Shown piece by piece: positions 19,423 through 27,081 of a stretch of DNA of 64,000 bases (position 1 is its first letter; each line of letters begins with the position of its first letter). The position numbers and the translations under genes are program-made. The stretch lies in assembly GCA_001782035.1 (NCBI GenBank), contig MFNL01000001.1, forward strand, positions 277,012-341,011, in the 5' to 3' direction. Under the pieces are notes generated by a model, which ran no database searches, was not told where the DNA came from, and saw nothing but the letters and a program-made list of their open reading frames with translations. Source of the stretch: Candidatus Levybacteria bacterium RIFCSPHIGHO2_01_FULL_37_17 (GTDB lineage Bacteria; Patescibacteriota; Microgenomatia; Levybacterales; UBA12049).

Positions 19423-20446
19423 CTGCAGGTAAATAAGCAAGAAATCCATCATTTCCTTCAAATACTACGATAGGGTACAAATAATCTTGCTCTTTTTCAC
19501 CCATATAATATGCAAGAAAAATATCCTTAATTTTAATACTATTTCCGGCACCGTAATAGGATGCGATATATGCCTTGCCCTCTTTGAGTTCTTCAAAAGC
19601 AGCACCCGAAGTTTTTATTGGATATGTTGAGCTTTCGCCTGACACCCTTTGCATAGAATAATTTGCTCTTACTATTTGAGGGCCGTCAGTTCCGCCTGTG
19701 ACGATTAAATTAATATTAGATTCAATCGGTTTTCCATAAAATATGGGTAAATTATTTATATCCTTTTGATAAAAGTTAATTCTATAAGCCCGTGTGGAGC
19801 CTTGACTTGTAGCAGCAAGAAGCTGTCCGTCCTTTACGGAAAGCAATATGGTTCTGGTCTTAGACGTGTCTAAGTCACCGGTTGGATAGTTCATGTCGTA
19901 TAAGAAATCTCTTGCTTTACTTACCGCATCAGCCTGTTTAGGAAGGTTTTTGCCGGAAAGTACATCGCTTTGAAAATAAAATGGAGAAAACAGAGTAAAA
20001 TCACGACTTTTAATATTAACCCTTATAGTTTTTAAAAATTGTCCGCTGCTATTTGTCCAAAAATAAGAATCATCAGATACCTTAAAAGGACCATTTTCAA
20101 ATCCGACATTTTTAACGTCTTGACCAATTTTCTTTAATGCCAGAAGGTCTGCCTTAGGTTTTTCGATTTCATAAATTTTAATCTGGTCTTTAAACAGTGG
20201 AACTTTTCCCGAAATTGTATCAAGGGAATATTTATAATTTTCATTAACAGCAGAAGTCGGAAATGAGATAGCCGGAAGTTTTCCAAATGCTATCGTAGGC
20301 TTTGGAGGGGGAGTAGGAAAGAAAGTCTCTTTTAGAAGAACAAGAGCCCTATAGGCAAGTATTAATACAAAAATAGCCGCAACTACAATTCCTGCCCATT
20401 TTAGAATGAGTTTAGTTTCTTTGCTTGCAGCTGTTAAAGTGAGCAT
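19397..20446 (-). CDS. Hypothetical membrane-anchored exported protein
   Basis: N-terminal TM then PPPKPT; start placed at ATG 20446, 6 nt after TATACT. Confidence 0.75.
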   Translation of the reverse strand: MLTLTAASKETKLILKWAGIVVAAIFVLILAYRALVLLKETFFPTPPPKPTIAFGKLPAISFPTSAVNENYKYSLDTISGKVPLFKDQIKIYEIEKPKADLLALKKIGQDVKNVGFENGPFKVSDDSYFWTNSSGQFLKTIRVNIKSRDFTLFSPFYFQSDVLSGKNLPKQADAVSKARDFLYDMNYPTGDLDTSKTRTILLSVKDGQLLAATSQGSTRAYRINFYQKDINNLPIFYGKPIESNINLIVTGGTDGPQIVRANYSMQRVSGESSTYPIKTSGAAFEELKEGKAYIASYYGAGNSIKIKDIFLAYYMGEKEQDYLYPIVVFEGNDGFLAYLPAVTDEWISK

Positions 20447-20449
20447 ATA

Positions 20450-20478
20450 TTGAGTATAAGAAAACTTTGAGCTACAAT
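20450..20478 (+). promoter_or_regulatory. Predicted gltX promoter
   Basis: TTGAGT-17 nt-TACAAT; implied start near 20485. Confidence 0.55.
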
Positions 20479-20486
20479 GCAACTAA

Positions 20487-20591
20487 AGGGGTCCTGTCCC
20501 GGGTTTCCCTCCCGCCAGTGCTCACTCGAATATTTTCTTCGAAAATAGCTCGTTGCGCGCTGTCAGGAGCCTTTCCACCCGTGCCACCCCT
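20487..20591. other. GC-rich 105-nt rod-like hairpin element (structured leader, ncRNA or palindromic insertion)
   Basis: Nested stems AGGGGT/ACCCCT, CGGGT/ACCCG, CTCC/GGAG, CAGTGC/GCGCTG, TATTTTC/GAAAATA. Confidence 0.7.
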
Positions 20592-20599
20592 CAATAAAT

Positions 20600-21835
20600 A
20601 TGGTTAGAGTAAGGTTTGCACCAAGTCCAACAGGAATACAACATATCGGAGGAATAAGGACAGCGCTTTATAATTATTTGTTCGCGAAGAAAAATCAAGG
20701 AGAGTTTTTACTTAGAATCGAAGATACCGACCAAAAAAGGCTGATCAAAGAAGCAGAAGGGGCACTTCTTGAGATGCTTAGATGGCTTGAAATAGAGCCA
20801 AAAGGAAATATTGTCCACCAGTCAAAACGTCTTGATATTTATAAAAAATACGCAAAAGAGCTTGTTTCAAAAGAACTAGCTTATGAAAAAGATGGCGCAA
20901 TCTGGGTTAAAATGCCGGAAAGTAAGAGCTTTGAATGGACTGATTTAGTAGGAAACAAGCATATTAGATTTGAGGGAAAAGATCAAAAAGACTTTGTGAT
21001 TTTAAAATCCGACGAATTTCCGACCTATCATTTTGCAAATGTAGTCGACGACCACTTATTTGAAATAACACACGTTTTTAGAGGCGAAGAATGGATATCA
21101 TCTACTCCTAAACACCTGTATCTATATGAAAGTTTTGGATGGAAAAGACCTGAATTTGTTCATCTCCCTGTAATTTTAGGAAGCGATCATACCAAGCTTT
21201 CCAAAAGACATGGTGCAAAATCAGTTTTGGATTACAGGAGTCAAGGTTATTTAAAGGAAGCTGTACTAAATTACATGGCGCTTCTTGGTTGGAATCCGGG
21301 TGGGGACAGAGAAAAAATGAGCCTAGATGAGATGATTGAGCTATTTAAGATAGACCATATTAATAGTGCAAATCCTATTTTTGATCAAACTAAATTTGAA
21401 TGGCTAAACGGTGTTTGGATACGCAGTATTTCGACAAAAGACTTGCAAGAAAGACTAATTGAGTTCTACTCAGATGATAAAGAGGTTACAGAAACTCTTA
21501 AAAGTTCAAAATCGCCTGATTTAGTAAAGGTTGCAGCCTCAAGAATGAAAACCTTGATGGATTTCAAAAGTTTGGTTTCTAAAACTTCTCAAAGAGAAAA
21601 AACTCGGGAGGAAATTAAAATAGCGAAAAAACTAAAAACATTTTTGACCCAAAATCTAAAAACATGGGAAGACGCAGAGCTGCTTAATGCAATAAAGGAA
21701 TTTAGTAAAGAAGAAGATATTCCATTTAAGACAATTTTTTTCCTGCTAACCGGAAAGGAACAGGGAATTGGAATTTTAGAGTTAAATCAAATCTACGGAA
21801 AAGACTTTTTGATATCAAATTTAGAGGGCAAATAA
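20600..21835 (+). CDS. gltX: Glutamate--tRNA ligase (short form)
   Basis: RFAPSPTG, HIGG, RIEDTD, VVDDH, RGEEW, KLSKR. Confidence 0.95.
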   Translation: MVRVRFAPSPTGIQHIGGIRTALYNYLFAKKNQGEFLLRIEDTDQKRLIKEAEGALLEMLRWLEIEPKGNIVHQSKRLDIYKKYAKELVSKELAYEKDGAIWVKMPESKSFEWTDLVGNKHIRFEGKDQKDFVILKSDEFPTYHFANVVDDHLFEITHVFRGEEWISSTPKHLYLYESFGWKRPEFVHLPVILGSDHTKLSKRHGAKSVLDYRSQGYLKEAVLNYMALLGWNPGGDREKMSLDEMIELFKIDHINSANPIFDQTKFEWLNGVWIRSISTKDLQERLIEFYSDDKEVTETLKSSKSPDLVKVAASRMKTLMDFKSLVSKTSQREKTREEIKIAKKLKTFLTQNLKTWEDAELLNAIKEFSKEEDIPFKTIFFLLTGKEQGIGILELNQIYGKDFLISNLEGK

Positions 21836-22318
21836 AAGAACTGCTATCCCAAGAAGAACTATAGCTATTCCACCGATTCCAAGGCCAAGTATTGTAGCGT
21901 TGGGTCCAGCTTCTGGTAAGCCTGCTGCGCTTGCCAAATTAGTGCTCACGGTACTTGACCAAGGACCGGTTGCGCAGCCATTAGTTGCCAACACCTTAAA
22001 AAAATAGTTTGTTTTAGGGAATAAGTCGTTTACTTTGTATTTAACAGCCCCATCAATTTTTCCCATACTAAACTTTACTGAATACGCATCTGCGCTAGAT
22101 GTTAGACCATACGATATTACATAACCATCAAAAGCAGATGTTGGCTGGACAAAGTATAAAGTTGCAGATGAAGAGCTCATAGAAACAGAGTAGAGATTTG
22201 GAGCATCTGCAGGTGGAGTTGCTGAGCATTCTTGTGCAAAAGAAAGCTTGGGAGATAGCCCTGCTAAGGATATTAAGGTGATTAGAATAAATCCGAAGGC
22301 CAAAAACTTAAATTTCAT
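21821..22318 (-). CDS. Secreted fibronectin type III protein with LPxAG sortase-like C-terminal signal
   Basis: Signal peptide, FN3 signature (LFPKTNYFFKVLATN), LPEAG followed by TM; start at ATG 22318, 6 nt after TATACT. Confidence 0.78.
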   Translation of the reverse strand: MKFKFLAFGFILITLISLAGLSPKLSFAQECSATPPADAPNLYSVSMSSSSATLYFVQPTSAFDGYVISYGLTSSADAYSVKFSMGKIDGAVKYKVNDLFPKTNYFFKVLATNGCATGPWSSTVSTNLASAAGLPEAGPNATILGLGIGGIAIVLLGIAVLLFAL

Positions 22319-22378
22319 GCCTTTAGTATAGAATATCTCTTTTTTAGAGCCATTTTGCAATAGGCACATTAATATAAG

Positions 22379-22407
22379 GTGACTTTTAAGCACAAATCTT
22401 ATAGAAT
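22379..22407 (+). promoter_or_regulatory. Predicted promoter of the tRNA-fragment/GIY-YIG/tRNA-Gln unit
   Basis: GTGACT-17 nt-TAGAAT; implied start near 22414. Confidence 0.55.
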
Positions 22408-22413
22408 AGGGTG

Positions 22414-22457
22414 TATTGCCGAGTCGCCTGCCTGCGCAGGCAGGTCTAATGGTAGGA
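22414..22457 (+). repeat. Duplicated 5' fragment of tRNA-Gln interrupted by an 18-bp perfect palindrome
   Basis: TATTGCCGAGTCG (22414-26) plus TCTAATGGTAGGA (22445-57) equals 22712-22737 exactly; CCTGCCTGCGCAGGCAGG inserted at 22427-22444. Confidence 0.95.
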
Positions 22458-22461
22458 TAAA

Positions 22462-22710
22462 ATGTGGCACGTTTACATTTTAAGAAGTAAAATTAAGAGA
22501 TGGTATTACGTAGGAAGTACAAATAGGCTTCAAAAGAGAATTCTCGAACATAATTCAGGTAATACTGTCTCAACAAAAGCGTATAGACCTTTTGACTTGA
22601 TATTTAATAAAACTTTTAAATATGAAATTGATGCAAGAAAATACGAAAGAAAACTTAAAGACAAAAGAATAGAAAAAGAACAAATAATAAAAGAAACTGA
22701 AGACAAATAA
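22462..22710 (+). CDS. Small stand-alone GIY-YIG nuclease
   Basis: HVYIL...YYVGST...R...HN.G...TK..RP...E..LK pattern; 82 aa. Confidence 0.92.
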   Translation: MWHVYILRSKIKRWYYVGSTNRLQKRILEHNSGNTVSTKAYRPFDLIFNKTFKYEIDARKYERKLKDKRIEKEQIIKETEDK

Positions 22711-22714
22711 TTAT

Positions 22715-22785
22715 TGCCGAGTCGTCTAATGGTAGGACAACGGATTCTGGATCCGTTTATTGGGGTTCGAATCCCTGCTCGGCAG
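22715..22785 (+). tRNA. tRNA-Gln (anticodon CTG); CCA not encoded
   Basis: Acceptor TGCCGAG/CTCGGCA, anticodon arm ACGGA-TTCTGGA-TCCGT, T-loop GGTTCGAATCC. Confidence 0.96.
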
Positions 22786-22873
22786 CAAGCACGTGCAGGT
22801 ATAGTACGGTACCCTCTCTATTCACGTCCTCAATTCGCTGGAGATCTTTTACGGATATGGTTATCAGCTGATA

Positions 22874-23230
22874 ATGCCTTCTTTTATGAAGAAAGCTGGA
22901 GAAGAACAATGGGGTATGTATGAAGGATACAGAGATGACGCTCAATATTTAATCGATATTGCTGATCAGAAAGTGCCAAGCGACCAGATCACTGGAAATT
23001 CCAAAGCAAGAGATAAAAGGGACAAGGCTATACAAAAATATACTGAAGAACTTGATAGGCTATCAAATATTAAAGACTGGAGAATTCCTATTATTTCGCA
23101 GCCTTTACCAAAAGAATGTAATAAGGATAATTTATTTATTCCTGAAACTTCTGGCTCAATTGATTGGACGGGAGAAGAAGATAAAGAAACTCCCATCCCT
23201 GGGCCTTTTAATTTCGAACCATTATCTTAA
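22874..23230 (+). CDS. Hypothetical protein
   Basis: 118-aa ORF; its stop lies 1 nt before the next ATG. Confidence 0.55.
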   Translation: MPSFMKKAGEEQWGMYEGYRDDAQYLIDIADQKVPSDQITGNSKARDKRDKAIQKYTEELDRLSNIKDWRIPIISQPLPKECNKDNLFIPETSGSIDWTGEEDKETPIPGPFNFEPLS

Positions 23231-23231
23231 A

Positions 23232-23627
23232 ATGAATATTAAACCAAATCCAAATATTCCTACAGACCAAAAATTACTGGATCTTCTTAAAGACGCATAT
23301 ACGAAAAACTTTGAGTGTTATAAAGCTTTGATAAAATTTGATGCAATAAAACCGTTTTCAAATTATGTTCCCGAGATAATAAGAGGAGACTTAGATAGAT
23401 TTGCTAAAGAGGAGGAAAAACAGCAGTTCCATTACCTTTTTGTTTATCAAGAGGGGGATAAATTTATTATGAGCGACGATTATAAAGCATACTATTGCTA
23501 TAAGATAATCGGTACCAATGAAGTTCCTTGCGTCGTTCTAGGAGAACCTAAGGGAGAAAACGTCACATTTAAAGGAAAACCATTCCTTCTCGAAGCTCCA
23601 CAAATAAAGATTACAAAAAATGAATAA
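23232..23627 (+). CDS. Hypothetical protein, possibly a divergent ParB/sulfiredoxin-like fold
   Basis: Start moved to ATG 23232; LFVYQEGDKFIMSDDYKAYYCYKIIGTNEVPCVV resembles ParB-Srx core spacing. Confidence 0.55.
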   Translation: MNIKPNPNIPTDQKLLDLLKDAYTKNFECYKALIKFDAIKPFSNYVPEIIRGDLDRFAKEEEKQQFHYLFVYQEGDKFIMSDDYKAYYCYKIIGTNEVPCVVLGEPKGENVTFKGKPFLLEAPQIKITKNE

Positions 23628-24102
23628 CAAAAATCAAGGAACCTTGATACTACTAGCTTTTTTCGGTGTATTAATTTTGGTTTTTGCACTTTTTATGGTA
23701 AATCAAATGTCTGTCGATAAGGGTTCGGATGGAAACAACCCACTGCCAAAGGGACTCCAGAATGACCCTTTTAAGCCTGACGATTCTCAGGCATGTGAAG
23801 ATCAAGAAATTGAATTGGCAAGTATACTTGCTAAATCAATAAATGTTCTTGAATCAAGAGATGAAAATGACTACGAAGATACAATGAGCAAAGTGGAAGA
23901 GGCGCTAAATTATTTGGATATAAACTTTAATAAATACCACTCAGAATTTTACTATGTAGTTGAAGCAGCGGTTGACGGAAGACACCAGTTAGAAATGGTA
24001 GGAATAGATGATTATCAGGATTCACTTTATAGAATAAGCGAGGCTAACACTTCATTACGTCATGCGCATGAGAATCTCATTAATGTGTGTAACTCAGAAT
24101 AA
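23620..24102 (+). CDS. Hypothetical acidic membrane-anchored protein
   Basis: N-terminal TM and a helical acidic ectodomain with two Cys. Confidence 0.65.
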   Translation: MNNKNQGTLILLAFFGVLILVFALFMVNQMSVDKGSDGNNPLPKGLQNDPFKPDDSQACEDQEIELASILAKSINVLESRDENDYEDTMSKVEEALNYLDINFNKYHSEFYYVVEAAVDGRHQLEMVGIDDYQDSLYRISEANTSLRHAHENLINVCNSE

Positions 24103-24121
24103 AAGGTAATAACCCTTTTAT

Positions 24122-24170
24122 AGTGTCTCATTTGTCTCGTTTGAGCCTGTATATGAGACACTGCTATAAT
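24122..24170 (+). promoter_or_regulatory. Promoter overlapped by a 10-bp inverted repeat (operator-like)
   Basis: AGTGTCTCAT-N21-ATGAGACACT around TTGAGC, followed by TGcTATAAT. Confidence 0.6.
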
Positions 24171-24245
24171 GACTAAACGGGTCTAGACCAACCCGCTCAG
24201 CATTCTGCTCGCCATTTATCGGTTCAAAGGGTATATAATGTATTT

Positions 24246-24644
24246 ATGGCAGATATCTCCTCGAGTCTAATACTATTGACATATAAAGGTAAAATACTTC
24301 TAATGCACAAAACTAATGGCGTTTTAGACCCAGTAGTTCATCCATGGTCCTTAATAGGGGGAGAACGTCGGGAGAAAGAATCTTTTGAGGAAGCAATGAG
24401 CAGAACTGTAGAAAAAGAAACAGGTATAAAAATTGAAAATATTGAGCGTATATCGGATTTTAAGTATCATGCTGCACTTACAGATGATAATATAAACAAA
24501 ATCCAGCGAGGAGAATTTCAGTTACTCGATTTTTTTGCACCAAAAGATTTACAGAAACTTTTGCTATCTGACTCAACACAAGAATTCGTATCTAATTACA
24601 GTTACCTTACCGACAATACATCCTTAGTAAGTGCTATTAAATAG
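24246..24644 (+). CDS. NUDIX hydrolase
   Basis: GGERREKESFEEAMSRTVEKETG, a degenerate Nudix box. Confidence 0.8.
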   Translation: MADISSSLILLTYKGKILLMHKTNGVLDPVVHPWSLIGGERREKESFEEAMSRTVEKETGIKIENIERISDFKYHAALTDDNINKIQRGEFQLLDFFAPKDLQKLLLSDSTQEFVSNYSYLTDNTSLVSAIK

Positions 24645-24799
24645 CTAATTTGTTCCCTTCGTGGTATAATATACTCAGTTGCAGATCGTATATAAATACA
24701 TCTGCTTAATGATTGATTTAGTTTTAAATAGAAAGAAAGATCCAATTTTCCACATTACATCTTCTTAAACTTTAACAACGTCATTTTGAGCAGAGGTAT

Positions 24800-25999
24800 A
24801 TGTATTACGATTCAATAAGAAAACCTAATTATAGAAATAAAACAAAAAATTTCTATGGAAAGAAAAGCAATGGTTATTCCAGATTTCGACAAATAAAAAA
24901 GCTAGACCCGAACCTTTTTATAAAAAGTGCTCAAATAACGGAATTACCTCATGAGCAAGAATCTTTAGCAAGATTTGTCGATTACTCAATAGACGAAAAG
25001 ATAAAAAGAAATATTGTAGAGCACGGATACACAATCCCTACTTTAATACAAGAGCAGTCTATTCCCCACATACTTTCAGGAAGAGATATTATTGGAATCG
25101 CCAATACCGGAACAGGCAAAACCGCAGCATTTTTAGTTACTCTTATTAACAAGTCTCTTATAGATAGAAATCAAAGAACATTGATTTTAGTGCCGACACG
25201 GGAACTAGCTGTTCAAATTAAAGACGAGTTTAAAATATTTGCCAAGGGTACAAATCTTGAAGCAGTAGCAGCAATCGGAGGCATAAATATTAAAAGCCAA
25301 ACTTACGCATTAAGACACAAACCGCATTTTGTTGTCGCAACTCCAGGAAGACTTAAGGATTTAATCCAGAGAAGACAGATAAACCTTTTTCATTTTCAAA
25401 ATGTAGTACTCGATGAAGTAGATAGAATGGTAGACGTAGGGTTTTTAAATGAAATAAAGTATATTATTTCTCTACTTCCAAAAACTCGGCAGTCTTTATT
25501 CTTTTCCGCAACCGTTGACAGAAAAACAGAGGAAATAGTAAATAGTTTTGTTACCAACCCCGTGAAAATTTCTGTTAAAAGGCAGGAAACCGGAGAAAAC
25601 ATAAATCAGGATATTATCAAAATAGGTAAAAATTTATCTAAAATAGACACCTTGCATGATTTACTTGTTAAGCCCGGTTTTGAAAAGGTTTTGGTTTTTG
25701 GAAAAACAAAATGGGGAGCCGAGAAATTGTCAAAAGCCCTGATAGAAAGAGGTTTTAAGACCGCTGCGATTCATGGAAATAAATCCCAAAACCAAAGATT
25801 AAGAGCCTTGCAGGAGTTTAAAGAAAATAGACTGCAGATTTTAATCGCAACAGACGTTGCCTCAAGAGGCCTTGATATAGAAAATGTAACCCATGTAATT
25901 AATTACGATGCACCAACATCTTATGAGGAATATATTCATCGAATAGGAAGAACAGGCAGGGCAGGTAAAACGGGAAACGCCCTGACTTTTATAGACTAA
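24800..25999 (+). CDS. DEAD-box RNA helicase (DEVD variant)
   Basis: Q motif, TGTGKT, PTRELA, TPGR, DEVD, SAT, HRIGRTGRAG. Confidence 0.95.
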   Translation: MYYDSIRKPNYRNKTKNFYGKKSNGYSRFRQIKKLDPNLFIKSAQITELPHEQESLARFVDYSIDEKIKRNIVEHGYTIPTLIQEQSIPHILSGRDIIGIANTGTGKTAAFLVTLINKSLIDRNQRTLILVPTRELAVQIKDEFKIFAKGTNLEAVAAIGGINIKSQTYALRHKPHFVVATPGRLKDLIQRRQINLFHFQNVVLDEVDRMVDVGFLNEIKYIISLLPKTRQSLFFSATVDRKTEEIVNSFVTNPVKISVKRQETGENINQDIIKIGKNLSKIDTLHDLLVKPGFEKVLVFGKTKWGAEKLSKALIERGFKTAAIHGNKSQNQRLRALQEFKENRLQILIATDVASRGLDIENVTHVINYDAPTSYEEYIHRIGRTGRAGKTGNALTFID

Positions 26000-26096
26000 G
26001 GATTATGAATGTCTAATTTATTAGTAGGAGTTAGTTCGAAGCAATATTAAAATGTTACTAATTAAGCCTCAAATGATATAATTAACCATAAGAAAC

Positions 26097-26489
26097 ATGA
26101 AAAAAATGCCAGAAGATTATTGGAAGAAAAAACTAACTCCAGAGCAATACAGGGTTTTGAGAGAAAAGGGGACAGAGCCTGCTTTTTCTGGGGCACTCTA
26201 TGATAACCACGAAGATGGAATGTATAAATGCGCGGCATGTGGGGCAGAACTATTTTCTTCCGATACAAAATTTGATTCAGGAACGGGCTGGCCAAGTTTT
26301 GATAACCCGGTGAATAAAGAAAATGTTATTTTGCAAGATGACAATTCTTATGGAATGCGAAGAACCGAGGTAATTTGCAAAAACTGCGGTTCACACTTGG
26401 GTCACCTGTTCAACGATGGACCAAAAGAAACAACAGGGCAAAGATATTGTATAAATTCCTGTGCTCTAGATTTTAATCCTCAAAAATAA
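26097..26489 (+). CDS. msrB: Peptide-methionine (R)-S-oxide reductase
   Basis: [30 protein letters not shown], two CxxC. Confidence 0.96.
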   Translation: MKKMPEDYWKKKLTPEQYRVLREKGTEPAFSGALYDNHEDGMYKCAACGAELFSSDTKFDSGTGWPSFDNPVNKENVILQDDNSYGMRRTEVICKNCGSHLGHLFNDGPKETTGQRYCINSCALDFNPQK

Positions 26490-26491
26490 GA

Positions 26492-27070
26492 TTATCGGGC
26501 TATAATCAGAAGTCGTTTGTAGGTTGTGCCTGCGGGCCAGCAAGTCATTAAGGTAAGGGTTTTTTCTCCTGGTTTAGGATTAAGGTAGGAAACATCTTTA
26601 GCGTCCACTATTTTTGTGTCAATTACTTTATATTCATACCTTATATTTTTGTAATAAACAAAAATCTCATCATCCTTTTTAAGTTTTGAGAGTAAATAAA
26701 ATACTGAGTTGTATCTTGTAGCTTCTAAAATATTGACGGATGAATGGGAAAACAAAAACATGTTGCCAAGTTGACTTGGTAAGGCAGTACCCCTTGCTTG
26801 GGCAACTCCTTTTGTTAAGGCAAGCTGATAAGTATTGGAATTGTAAGGATCTACGTTTGCAACAATTTTGGCATTTGCCCCGATTTTGGGTATTACAATT
26901 CCAAATTCTTTATCAAGAGGTTTTATTTGACTAATCGTTTTTTTAGGCTCGTTAAGTCTATAATTAATTTCTACTTTTGCAACGGGTGCAAATATATAAA
27001 TTAAAAGCACAAGAGAGGAAAATATTAAAATTATTCCTGCACCAATTAGAATTTGGGGAAGTTTCTTCAC
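26492..27070 (-). CDS. Sortase
   Basis: N-terminal TM, IPKI, FSHS (His), TLMTC (Cys), downstream Arg. Confidence 0.92.
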   Translation of the reverse strand: MKKLPQILIGAGIILIFSSLVLLIYIFAPVAKVEINYRLNEPKKTISQIKPLDKEFGIVIPKIGANAKIVANVDPYNSNTYQLALTKGVAQARGTALPSQLGNMFLFSHSSVNILEATRYNSVFYLLSKLKKDDEIFVYYKNIRYEYKVIDTKIVDAKDVSYLNPKPGEKTLTLMTCWPAGTTYKRLLIIAR

Positions 27071-27081
27071 AAGAATTATTT

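Noticed and set aside
20487-20591. SRP (4.5S) or 6S RNA assignment for the rod-like hairpin
   Set aside because: No GNRA-capped helix 8 with the CAGG/AGCA loop; too short and no large central bubble for 6S
20570-20599. T-box-like GGGGTGGCAC on the minus strand upstream of gltX
   Set aside because: Wrong strand for a gltX leader, incomplete UGGNACC, and no specifier stem or terminator
22414-22737. Group I intron or split tRNA interpretation
   Set aside because: The downstream tRNA is complete by itself, and the ORF leaves no room for a ribozyme core
22714-22945. ORFs 22714-22923 (+) and 22757-22945 (-)
   Set aside because: They overlap the tRNA-Gln gene and are translation artefacts
22959-23231. 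N-terminal 91 aa of the 222-aa track ORF
   Set aside because: Overlaps ORF 22874-23230 in another frame; the coupled ATG at 23232 is the more plausible start
24180-24189. GGTCTAGACC as a DasR/NagR (dre) operator
   Set aside because: Only the core matches, the flanks do not, and no GntR regulator or amino-sugar genes are nearby
24202-24214. CTGCTCGCCA resembling the tRNA-Gln 3' end (possible attR)
   Set aside because: Only 7 contiguous matches and no integrase; compatible with chance
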